Of a DNA stretch of 52,521 bases, positions 36,482 through 45,399 are shown in pieces. How positions within the stretch are numbered: the stretch's first letter is position 1; every line of letters starts with the position of its first letter. This stretch comes from Candidatus Delongbacteria bacterium (GTDB lineage: Bacteria; UBA4055). The notes under the pieces were generated by a model. That model was not told where the DNA came from. It ran no database searches and was given only the letters and a program-made list of their open reading frames with translations. The position numbers were made by a program, and so were the translations under genes. The DNA is taken from positions 1-52,521 of the forward strand of contig DAIMKZ010000002.1 of assembly GCA_036721445.1 (NCBI GenBank), read 5' to 3'.

Positions 36482-39190
36482 TTATTTCGTTAGTACCATT
36501 TTTCTTGTGCTCACCGCAATACCGTCAATATCCAGCCTGTAGAAATATATTCCGCTAGTCAAATCCTCCGCGCTGAAACTGACGAAATGAGATCCCGCCT
36601 TATTGAACTCGTTGACAATATCCGCTACAGACTCACCTTTAATATTATAGACCGTCAGTTTAACATTTGAATCATATTTTAGTGAATATTGTATCGTAGT
36701 TTCAGGATTGAAAGGGTTTGGATAGTTCTGAAACAACTCAAACGATTCAGGCCTGATATTTTCTTCAGATATACCCGATGTCTGGCTGCAGAGAGCTTTT
36801 ATGCAGAAGTTTGAAGTTCCCGGGTATGCGTCACCAGAATAATTCTGCAAGTCGGTCCATCCTTTTCCATCGTTGTAAAAACTCTCCCCTGCTGAAGCAG
36901 TAGATCTGACTATAGTTCTGTATTTGGAACCGAGCAGTACAGGTATATCCGAAGTCCTGTCGTAAGCCTGTCCGCCGTGAGAAAGAGAAAGATAAACATA
37001 AAAATAATTTCCGCTTTCAAGATATACCGAATTAAGCAGATCAACAGTGTGGAATCCCCTTTTGTCAAAATTACCTGATACCGAAGCCAGCTCATCAGAA
37101 AGCACTTCACCGGAATAAGTATCATAAATCTTAGCTGTGTAGGAAACCCCGTCCTGAGCCGTATAAAAATTTATGGAATTTATGTATTCGTTCCTGTCGG
37201 CAGTAAAGGCGTTAAAGGCTTCGGTGCAGTCTTCCATCGTATCTCTCCAGCCGTGATAATCATGATAGTAAATGTGGTCGTATTTAAGAGGTTCGACATC
37301 GCGGAAAGATATCGCTCCCATTTCCCAGTTGCGGCACGAATGCTTATCGTAATATGATATCCAGAAATATCCGCTGTAACCCCAGCCCGAACCCCAGCTG
37401 TTCTTAACCAGCCATGCTCCGGGACCTTCAGTCGCCTGTGTCACCCTGTCGTCGTCCCAGCCGATAATTGTGACCGCGTGGTTCGGTTCAAGCGGGTCTG
37501 ACGGCGGCTGATAATGCTCGTATTCCGCATTTATAAAATCAGAATCGTACATCATGCAGGTGCCTACGGCACCGGTCGTCATCAGCCTGTATTTTATATC
37601 GTCGATCATGTCGAGACGATCGTTGATCGTAAACCATTCGATGTGCCTCGGGTAATAATGATGATAGGTTGCGTCGTACCTTTTCGGTGCAGTATCGAAA
37701 GACTGGCCGTCGATGTCCCTGACAAAGCCCTCTCCTCTTGAAGTGTAGGCTGCAGTCACCAGATAGTCACCACCCTGGTGAACTTCAAGACCCTCGCTGT
37801 CGGGATATATATCCTGGTTATAATGCTGATTGAAGCCGTTCCACCAGTCAAGATGGTATTCGGCGAGGTTTGGCTCACCCGTCTCTCCGTTATCCGTCCA
37901 GGCACCGCTGAAAAGCAGGTTGCTTTCAGTACTTGCCGCCGCGCCGTGAGTCCAGCATGTTCCTCCCTCCTGAGATTTAACGGATGTAACATAATTATTC
38001 CCTTCATAATTCCGCAGGTCGAACTGCGATGAATAACCTTCGATCCAGCGAACATCGAACTTATCTGTCTTAAGAACGCTTCCGTGGATATCTTCAATCT
38101 CAAAATAAACCTGCCCGTTAACGGATGAAGTTTCTGCGGGAATTATACCGGCAAGCGTATATTCGCTTATCTTTGTTTCGTACATATCGAACTGAAAAGC
38201 AGTCACGAATCCGTCTTTACTATAAAATCCCTGCGCTGAAGAAATTGAAGATTCATCCTGAACTGTAACACATACTCTCATATCGCTGCCGGTTGATGCC
38301 AGGCCGTTATAAAAAGACAGAATTTCAGGAGCTTCCGAATCCGCATAGAACCCGATCGAATAACAACCGGTCGTAGTTGAATTGCCAAGAATGTCCGCCA
38401 TTTCAAAATAGATAGACCCCGAACAAACCGAGTCTGCTGCCGGAACTGTACCGTACCAGTTCTCTGTATATTTTATCTGAGTAAAATCAACCTCAGTAAG
38501 ATCTCCTTCTCCGATTATATAGTATCCTTTTACGGAACTTACACCTGAAGAATCGGCAAGCTGAAGAGCTAATTCCAGATCGTTACCGGTATATGCTCCT
38601 ACATCAGGCATAAGACTTTCTGTTCCCGACAGAGCGATGAATGACGGTGCATCGTTGTCCGTTATGATCGAGATGTCGTCAATAAACCACTGGTCGCTGA
38701 AATCCCCCTGATAATGAAATCCTATTTTAATCGGGATTCCCGAAAATTGAGTAACAGGCAAAACTATATTGTCCCACACGCCCATATCTGGGTCATCGGG
38801 ATCAGTATTCGGAAATCCCGAATATATCTGCGTCCATGTTGTACCGTCGTCTTCAGAGACTGCAACCTCGTGAAACGTCCCGAAAGTTATCCAGCGTCCT
38901 GTCTGCCAGAAAGTCAGCGATGCTTTTGAGGATTCTCCGAAGGTTATTGAGGGGCTTATCAGCCAGTCGTCCTGATCTCCGGAATCATCCCAGTGTGCAG
39001 CACTTCCGGATCCGTCGTGTACAAGCGCTCCGTTAAAATGAGCTCCTTCCTGAAAACCGGCACCTGAAGAAACAAGTGTCCAACCCGCAGGAGGGAATGT
39101 ACCGGTTTCAAAATCTTCGCTGAGCAGGATCTGACCGTTCAATGTCATAAGCGCGGCCAGCAAAGTTATGATAATTGAAGTTATTTTCAT
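36482..39190 (-). CDS. Secreted papain-like (C1 family) cysteine peptidase with an N-terminal MAM/choice-of-anchor-J-like domain, two Ig-like modules and a T9SS C-terminal sorting domain
   Basis: Signal peptide. Catalytic Cys SQEGGTCWTHGAAAS, His NHAVTIIGWDD, and Asn/Trp LVKNSWGSGWG. C-terminus FQNYPNPFNPETTIQYSL.... Confidence 0.8.
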   Translation of the reverse strand: MKITSIIITLLAALMTLNGQILLSEDFETGTFPPAGWTLVSSGAGFQEGAHFNGALVHDGSGSAAHWDDSGDQDDWLISPSITFGESSKASLTFWQTGRWITFGTFHEVAVSEDDGTTWTQIYSGFPNTDPDDPDMGVWDNIVLPVTQFSGIPIKIGFHYQGDFSDQWFIDDISIITDNDAPSFIALSGTESLMPDVGAYTGNDLELALQLADSSGVSSVKGYYIIGEGDLTEVDFTQIKYTENWYGTVPAADSVCSGSIYFEMADILGNSTTTGCYSIGFYADSEAPEILSFYNGLASTGSDMRVCVTVQDESSISSAQGFYSKDGFVTAFQFDMYETKISEYTLAGIIPAETSSVNGQVYFEIEDIHGSVLKTDKFDVRWIEGYSSQFDLRNYEGNNYVTSVKSQEGGTCWTHGAAASTESNLLFSGAWTDNGETGEPNLAEYHLDWWNGFNQHYNQDIYPDSEGLEVHQGGDYLVTAAYTSRGEGFVRDIDGQSFDTAPKRYDATYHHYYPRHIEWFTINDRLDMIDDIKYRLMTTGAVGTCMMYDSDFINAEYEHYQPPSDPLEPNHAVTIIGWDDDRVTQATEGPGAWLVKNSWGSGWGYSGYFWISYYDKHSCRNWEMGAISFRDVEPLKYDHIYYHDYHGWRDTMEDCTEAFNAFTADRNEYINSINFYTAQDGVSYTAKIYDTYSGEVLSDELASVSGNFDKRGFHTVDLLNSVYLESGNYFYVYLSLSHGGQAYDRTSDIPVLLGSKYRTIVRSTASAGESFYNDGKGWTDLQNYSGDAYPGTSNFCIKALCSQTSGISEENIRPESFELFQNYPNPFNPETTIQYSLKYDSNVKLTVYNIKGESVADIVNEFNKAGSHFVSFSAEDLTSGIYFYRLDIDGIAVSTRKMVLTK
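36485..36742 (-). other. T9SS type-A C-terminal sorting domain (FlgD-Ig-like) of the C1 peptidase
   Basis: FELFQNYPNPFNPETTIQYSLKYDSNVKLTVYNIKGESV...GIYFYRLDIDGIAVSTRKMVLTK. Confidence 0.75.
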
Positions 39191-39283
39191 GCTGCTTCTC
39201 CGTTTTTTTATAAAAATAACAAATTTATCTTTGAATTCATATGATTATTTTGTATTTTCTTCTCAAGAAAAAGGAGGTTTTTT

Positions 39284-42133
39284 ATGAGATTGCTGCTTCC
39301 TGTACTAATAATTTTTCAATTATGCCTCGGATCAATACCAAACGAAAAACTGTATGAAGTTGAAGGTGAAGGTTATTTTACGAACCTGACCGCGACAGAA
39401 AGCGGCATCATCGCTTCGAACAACCTTGACAACGCTCTTTACCTGATTAGAGACAGTTCTCTAAATACGCTCCTTGAGAATCCGGGATGCGGAAGATATT
39501 TCTCGGTAAGCGGTGAATGTATAGGCTTTAAATATATTGATCAGCAAACAGGACTTCAGTCTCCCGCGATCCTCGATTTGAACTCAGGCATTATAAAAGA
39601 AATCGAACCCCGAATAGAATACTGCGGACAGCTCAGCTTCGCGGATGACGGATCGTATGCCTATACATACGGTAATTACCTGAAGATAGTATCGGCAGAC
39701 GGACAGGCAAAAGAAACAGAGCTGGGATTTTATTCGAATACGAGTTCAATATCGCCGGACGGAATATATGTCTGCGTGAGCGGTAAGGGACAGAGCGTTT
39801 TACTTGTGGAGACCGGATCGCTGAGAAGCTATACAGCGGCTGAAGGAAATGAATTTATAAGTCACAGATGGTCACCGGATTCAAAGAATTTAGCCTTCAC
39901 TTCGATCGACGGAACTCTTTATGTCTACAGCCTGACAGACCGCTCACTAAAAGAATATGTCCGGATACGGGAATTCTGCTGGTCAGGAGAGAATACAATC
40001 GTCTCATCAGCTGTAATACATAACGAACGGGAGCTTTTATCTTCCGAACTGATACTTCTGGATGTTGTTAGCGGAAAAGTATCTGCTCTGACTTCAACGG
40101 AGAGCGTTTACGAGATGTCTCCCGCATATATGAACGGCAGTCTGATATTCAACTCTTTCGGAGAGAATAAAATATACAAAACCGCGATATCGGGAACAAA
40201 ACTGACCGAACCCGAACTTCTGATAGGTTATAGGAACGGACTTGAGCTTAAACCGGTCAGGATTAATCATCCCCGGCTGTCGAAAGATATGCTGACCGTA
40301 CCGTATATCAATCAGGTCTTCAGCACGGATCTCTACGGTCACAGATACGGATGCTGCGCCGCAACTTCATGCGCGATGGTGCTGGCTTACTACAAAATAA
40401 TCCCGCACTGGAAAACGTCGAACAACAACTGGGCTCATGTTATATTCGACAATTATATCTACAACAACTTCACTTACGATGACAGGTACTGGTCCGATAC
40501 TTACCAGACTTATTACGGCACGGGTGGAGGCGACGGCTTCATGTGGAACGATCAGGGCCACGGCGGATCTTCGCCGTCGACGAACCAGAGATATTATCTT
40601 CAGCAGCACGGACTTACATCAGCACAGTACTGGTCGAACTTCTATACAGTAATATCTGACAATCTGAATAACGGGTACATGCACCCGATGTGCGTGATGC
40701 TGTCGGCCAGCGGGCACCTTATTGACCCGATAGGAATAGCCGACGCCGGACAGCAGCTGCTTTACTATAACGACCCGTACGGTGACAAAAATTCCGCTTA
40801 TCCAAGTGAGTACGGGGACGGCGTTCTGTACGACTGGCCGGGCTACAATGCCGGCTACGAAGATCTCGGTACTGTAGCATGGACTACTTCCGCCGTCGGG
40901 AACATGCCTTCCGCGCCCGGTCTTGAAGTTGACGAAAGCCAGCTTGCCTACGGCACATCTTATGACGATTTCGACAACCTGAACGACGGTTTCTGGATGC
41001 TGGCTGACGGAACAACGGGCATGAAATACTGGCGTCATGTTGTCGACGGGACTGACGTTTACTGGTGGACGGGAGCCATGACCGGCACGAGCGTCGACGA
41101 TTACTGCGCGTCGTGGAATCCTGTCATTCAATATCCAGGCGACTACAAAGTTGAAGTTTATATACCCTCGAATACCGAACTTATCACGAACGCGAAGTAT
41201 CAGGTTCACCACAACGGCGTGAACGATATCGTCATAGTGGATCAGGCGGCGAACGCCGGCTCGTGGGTCAGCCTCGGCATTTTCCGGTTCGCCGGAACTG
41301 ATGACGAGTTCATTTACCTCGGCGACGCGACCGGCAGTAGAGCAGTGAAAACTCCGCATGATGAAAAAGAAAAAGTGTTCAAGATAGTTTACGACAGGAT
41401 CAGGCTGACTCAGGACACACCCGGTTTTACTGCCGGCGGGGACTGGCAGTACGGCGCGGACGGCCTTGTCGGGTCGGTCTCTGGCGGAAATATCTGGGGC
41501 ACAGTACTTAACGCGAACCATTCCGATAATACTAACTCAAGCCTGGTTTATGATCTTTCCGCCTCTCCCCTTCCATCCGCCTCCGTCCTGACCTTCGACC
41601 ACTGGTACGAAGCCGAGGCCGGATCAGGCACAACAGCCTACGACGGAGGTAACGTTAAGATATCGGTTAACGGCGGACTTTCATGGGAAATACTATATCC
41701 GTATCCTGATTATACTCATGTCATATCTTCAGCATACTCGAATCCCATGCCGGGAGAACCGTGTTATTCTGGAACTTCGGGTGGCTGGGTATCCTCGTTT
41801 ATAGACCTTTCAACCTACTCCGGACAGAATGTAATTCTAAAATGGCAGTTCGGCAGCGACACCCTTTATAATTTTAGAGGCTGGTATCTGGACAATATAA
41901 CCGTTTCGCAGTTAACCGCACCGCAGAATCCCGCTGTTGTTTATAACGGTTCCGCAGTTCAGCTTATCTGGGACGAGGTTGAAAACGCTTCATCATACAT
42001 AATATATTCCTCGACAGACCCTTACGGAACTTTCATTCAGGAAGGATCATCTTCAACAACTTCATGGGAAGAAACAGCGTCAGAAACAAAGAAATTCTAT
42101 CAAATAAAAGCTTCTGCCGTTTATAAGAAATGA
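39284..42133 (+). CDS. Large secreted multidomain protein: TolB/WD40-like propeller, C39-like (BtrH-type) cysteine peptidase domain, golvesin-C-like beta-sandwich, MAM-like domain, Fn3-like module
   Basis: Signal peptide MRLLLPVLIIFQLCLG. SPDG-type blades. YGCCAATSCAMVLAYY (C39_2-like Cys) and SASGHLIDPIG. YPGDYKVEVYIP..AKYQVHHNG..IVIVDQAANAGSWVSLGIFRF (golvesin-C-like). LTFDHWYEAE...VKISVNGGLSWEIL. LIWDEVENASSYIIYSSTDPY. Confidence 0.65.
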   Translation: MRLLLPVLIIFQLCLGSIPNEKLYEVEGEGYFTNLTATESGIIASNNLDNALYLIRDSSLNTLLENPGCGRYFSVSGECIGFKYIDQQTGLQSPAILDLNSGIIKEIEPRIEYCGQLSFADDGSYAYTYGNYLKIVSADGQAKETELGFYSNTSSISPDGIYVCVSGKGQSVLLVETGSLRSYTAAEGNEFISHRWSPDSKNLAFTSIDGTLYVYSLTDRSLKEYVRIREFCWSGENTIVSSAVIHNERELLSSELILLDVVSGKVSALTSTESVYEMSPAYMNGSLIFNSFGENKIYKTAISGTKLTEPELLIGYRNGLELKPVRINHPRLSKDMLTVPYINQVFSTDLYGHRYGCCAATSCAMVLAYYKIIPHWKTSNNNWAHVIFDNYIYNNFTYDDRYWSDTYQTYYGTGGGDGFMWNDQGHGGSSPSTNQRYYLQQHGLTSAQYWSNFYTVISDNLNNGYMHPMCVMLSASGHLIDPIGIADAGQQLLYYNDPYGDKNSAYPSEYGDGVLYDWPGYNAGYEDLGTVAWTTSAVGNMPSAPGLEVDESQLAYGTSYDDFDNLNDGFWMLADGTTGMKYWRHVVDGTDVYWWTGAMTGTSVDDYCASWNPVIQYPGDYKVEVYIPSNTELITNAKYQVHHNGVNDIVIVDQAANAGSWVSLGIFRFAGTDDEFIYLGDATGSRAVKTPHDEKEKVFKIVYDRIRLTQDTPGFTAGGDWQYGADGLVGSVSGGNIWGTVLNANHSDNTNSSLVYDLSASPLPSASVLTFDHWYEAEAGSGTTAYDGGNVKISVNGGLSWEILYPYPDYTHVISSAYSNPMPGEPCYSGTSGGWVSSFIDLSTYSGQNVILKWQFGSDTLYNFRGWYLDNITVSQLTAPQNPAVVYNGSAVQLIWDEVENASSYIIYSSTDPYGTFIQEGSSSTTSWEETASETKKFYQIKASAVYKK

Positions 42134-42211
42134 TCTAGTCCTGTTATGACAATATCTGACAAACCCTGATAAATTTTTCTTCACTAATTATTTTTTGTGC
42201 CTGAATCCAAT

Positions 42212-42227
42212 TGGCTTCATTTTTGCA
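42212..42227 (+). promoter_or_regulatory. Sigma54-type -24/-12 element candidate upstream of htpG
   Basis: TGGCTTCATTTTTGCA against the consensus TGGCACG-N4-TTGCW. GG (42213-14) and GC (42225-26) sit at the exact canonical spacing, 48 nt before ATG 42275. Confidence 0.3.
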
Positions 42228-42274
42228 ATATATTATCAATGTTAATTTTAGTAATTTGAAATAAAGGAGCGGAA

Positions 42275-44215
42275 ATGACAAAAAGCACAATGAAATTCAA
42301 GACAGAGGTAAGCCAGCTTCTCGAACTGGTGACTCATTCTCTTTACTCCAACAAGGAGATCTTTATCAGGGAACTTGTATCCAACTCGTCAGACGCGCTG
42401 GACAAACTCAGACTGGAAGGATTGAAAGATAAGAAGATCCTTGAGAACAATACGGATTTCAAAGTCAGGATAGACTTCAACAGCGACGCAGGAACCATCA
42501 CTGTCAGCGATAATGGTATCGGAATGACTAAAGATGAGATCATTGAGAATATCGGAACCATAGCCAAATCGGGAACCAAAGAATTCCTCGCTAAGCTAAA
42601 GGACCTTAAATCCAAGGAAAAGGATGCGAATACTGATCAGCTTATAGGGCAGTTCGGTGTCGGGTTCTATTCGGCATTCATTGTATCCGACAGGATCGTT
42701 ATCAATACAAAAAGAGCCGGGAGCAAAGAGCCGGCTGTCAAATGGGAATCGGACGGTAAGGAAAAATTTACTATAGACGAATCTGACAGAACTGAAAGAG
42801 GCACCGAGATAATTCTTTATCTTAACAATGACAACAAGGACTTCGCCAATGAGTGGAAGATCAAGGATATCGTAAAAAAGTATTCGGACTACATTTCCTA
42901 CCCTATAATCATGACCGTTCAGAGGGAAGAAAAACCGAAAGACAAAGACGGCAAAGAGATCAAAGACGCCGAAGCGGTAACGAAATTCGAAGAACTGACA
43001 CTTAACTCAATGAAAGCTATTTGGCAGAAGGATAAAAAGGAGATCAAGGACGAGGACTACAACGAATTTTATAAACACATATCTCATGACTGGGAAGAAC
43101 CGCTTGAAAGGATACACCTGAGCGTGGAAGGTCTACTTTCATACAAAGCTCTTCTTTATCTGCCTAAAAAAGCTCCTTTCGACATGTTCTGGAGAGAAGC
43201 GAAGACCGGTGTCAGCCTGTACATAAAGAACGTGTTCATCATGGACGACAACAAGAACCTGCTTCCTGAATACTTCAGATTCGTAAAAGGGGTAGTGGAT
43301 TCAGCCGACCTTCCTCTTAACGTTTCCAGAGAGATACTTCAGGAGGACAAAGCTCTCGAAAAGATCAAGACTAATCTAGTAAAAAAGATCATCGACACTC
43401 TAAAGAAGATGAAAGAAAAGGAACCGGAAAAGTATCTTGAGTTCTACACTAATTTCGGTAAAGTGTTAAAGGAAGGACTTTATACCGATTACGAGAACAA
43501 GGATAAACTAGCCGATCTTCTTATGTTCGAATCTACAAAGACCGAGAAAGGAAAATTTACCAGCCTAAAGGACTATGTTTCCAGAATGCCTGAAGGTCAG
43601 AAGGATATTTATTATATAGCAGGCGAAAAGAGGGAAACTCTTGAAAATTCACCGCATCTCGAGAAATTCAAAGCCAAAGACTATGAAGTTCTCTTCTTTA
43701 CCGACCCGATAGATGAATTCATAACAAACAATTTCTTCGAATTCGACAAGAAAGCGCTGAAATCCATCGGCAAAGGCGAGATAGACCTTGGTGATGCCGA
43801 AGAGAACAAAAAAGAGGTTGAGAAAGAAACAAAGAAATTCAAGTCGCTTTTTGAAGTAATAAAAGACCATCTTAAAGATGATATCAAGGAAGTTAGGGTC
43901 TCGACGAGGCTGACTTCAAGCGCTGTTTGTTTAGTTTCGGATGAGCACGGAATGACGCCGAACATGGAGAAAATGTTCAAAGCTATGAATCAGGAAGTTC
44001 CGAAGAATCAGAGGATACTCGAGATCAATCCGAAGCATCCGCTTTTTGACTCGCTGAACGCGATCTATGAAGCGAACAAGGAAGACGCGAGACTCAAGGA
44101 TTATTCCGAGCTGTTATACGATCAGGCGCTGATCGCTGAAGGAGCGATGCCCAAAGATCCCGTCAGGTTCGCGCAGAAAATGGCCGATCTCATGGCCATG
44201 GAAGCTAAGAAATAG
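42275..44215 (+). CDS. htpG: Molecular chaperone HtpG (Hsp90)
   Basis: 646 aa. Hallmark FKTEVSQLLELVTHSLYSNKEIFIRELVSNSSDALDKLR and GQFGVGFYSAF. Confidence 0.97.
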   Translation: MTKSTMKFKTEVSQLLELVTHSLYSNKEIFIRELVSNSSDALDKLRLEGLKDKKILENNTDFKVRIDFNSDAGTITVSDNGIGMTKDEIIENIGTIAKSGTKEFLAKLKDLKSKEKDANTDQLIGQFGVGFYSAFIVSDRIVINTKRAGSKEPAVKWESDGKEKFTIDESDRTERGTEIILYLNNDNKDFANEWKIKDIVKKYSDYISYPIIMTVQREEKPKDKDGKEIKDAEAVTKFEELTLNSMKAIWQKDKKEIKDEDYNEFYKHISHDWEEPLERIHLSVEGLLSYKALLYLPKKAPFDMFWREAKTGVSLYIKNVFIMDDNKNLLPEYFRFVKGVVDSADLPLNVSREILQEDKALEKIKTNLVKKIIDTLKKMKEKEPEKYLEFYTNFGKVLKEGLYTDYENKDKLADLLMFESTKTEKGKFTSLKDYVSRMPEGQKDIYYIAGEKRETLENSPHLEKFKAKDYEVLFFTDPIDEFITNNFFEFDKKALKSIGKGEIDLGDAEENKKEVEKETKKFKSLFEVIKDHLKDDIKEVRVSTRLTSSAVCLVSDEHGMTPNMEKMFKAMNQEVPKNQRILEINPKHPLFDSLNAIYEANKEDARLKDYSELLYDQALIAEGAMPKDPVRFAQKMADLMAMEAKK

Positions 44216-44266
44216 ATTATAGGGGTTCAACTAGATAAACAATTGTTTTAATTTTGACAAGAGCCT

Positions 44267-44298
44267 AAAGCCTCCAGAAACCCGGAGGCTTTTTGTTT
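44267..44298 (+). terminator. Intrinsic terminator after htpG
   Basis: AAAGCCTCC-agaaaccc-GGAGGCTTTTTGTTT. Confidence 0.8.
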
Positions 44299-44367
44299 GC
44301 GCTAAAGTACAATATTGCTTAAATTAGACTAACTGGTTTCGAAAACTTAAGAATAAAGGGGAAAAAG

Positions 44368-45363
44368 ATGAAAAAGATAATCGTAGCAGTATTGGTATTA
44401 GTAATGTTAGCAGCGTCATATTACGGAGCTAAAGTATATATCGGAGATAAAGCGTACGAATTGTTCGAATCGGGCATGGAAAAGCTTGAAAACCAAGATT
44501 ATAAAAGTGCCATTTGGGATTTTGACAGATCATTGGCACTTGCGGAAAAAGGCGGATGGATGTTTGATGATGAGCTTGTAAAAAAGCATTTGTCTCATGT
44601 TTTCGCTCAAAGAGGGTGGTGTTACATGCAGCTGAATCAATATGAAACAGCATTAGAAGATTATAATAGAGCTGAAGAATTTGGTTTTGACAGACCTGAA
44701 TTGTTTAGTAACAGAGGATGGACAAAAAATCATCTTGAGCAATATGATGATGCAATGACCGATCTTAACAGGGCTATTGAAATTGATCCGAATAATCATG
44801 AATCGTATCAGGGTTTAGCTAACTCATATAGATTGCTTGATAAGCATGAAGAAGCCATTAAATATTATGATAAAGCGATCGGACTTGACTCAACCTACTC
44901 GATGGCTTATATGGGCAGAGGATTTGCTAATAACGGCTTGGATAAATACGAAAATGCGGTTGATGATTTTTCAAAAGCTATCGAGCTGGAGCTTCCGTAC
45001 AGTTTTGCATATTACGGCAGAGGTATTGCATATAAAAATCTTAATCATACAGAAAAAGCAAAAGCAGATTTTCAAAAAGCGATCGAATTCGACACTAATG
45101 AGAATTTTGAACTTATAGCTTTCAGAGGACTGGCTTATCATGAACTTGGCAAATATGATGAAGCGATCGCAGATTTCAATAAAGCCTTAGGGTTAAATGA
45201 TCATCCTTGGATGCTGAAATGTCTTGGTGATTCATATAAAAAATTAAATCAGAACGATAAAGCTGCAGAATATTACAATAAGTATCTTGAGCTCGCCGGA
45301 AATAAATACCATGATGAAGATGAAGTCAGAGATAGCTTGAAGGAAATGGGATTTACAGACTAA
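44368..45363 (+). CDS. TPR-repeat protein with an N-terminal membrane anchor or signal
   Basis: MKKIIVAVLVLVMLAASYYG followed by about 8 TPR units (YETALEDYNRAEE, YDDAMTDLNRAIEIDP, HEEAIKYYDKAIGLD, YENAVDDFSKAIEL, TEKAKADFQKAIEFD, YDEAIADFNKALGL). Confidence 0.75.
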   Translation: MKKIIVAVLVLVMLAASYYGAKVYIGDKAYELFESGMEKLENQDYKSAIWDFDRSLALAEKGGWMFDDELVKKHLSHVFAQRGWCYMQLNQYETALEDYNRAEEFGFDRPELFSNRGWTKNHLEQYDDAMTDLNRAIEIDPNNHESYQGLANSYRLLDKHEEAIKYYDKAIGLDSTYSMAYMGRGFANNGLDKYENAVDDFSKAIELELPYSFAYYGRGIAYKNLNHTEKAKADFQKAIEFDTNENFELIAFRGLAYHELGKYDEAIADFNKALGLNDHPWMLKCLGDSYKKLNQNDKAAEYYNKYLELAGNKYHDEDEVRDSLKEMGFTD

Positions 45364-45399
45364 GACTTTCAAGATTATTTTACTGTATTTCTATGGCCC

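Noticed and set aside
40619-41521. 300-aa ORF on the minus strand
   Set aside because: It lies entirely antisense within the G+C-rich part of the 949-aa multidomain gene. It has no RBS or signal, and its Arg/Val/Pro-rich composition is typical of a shadow ORF. The sense frame carries recognisable domain motifs.
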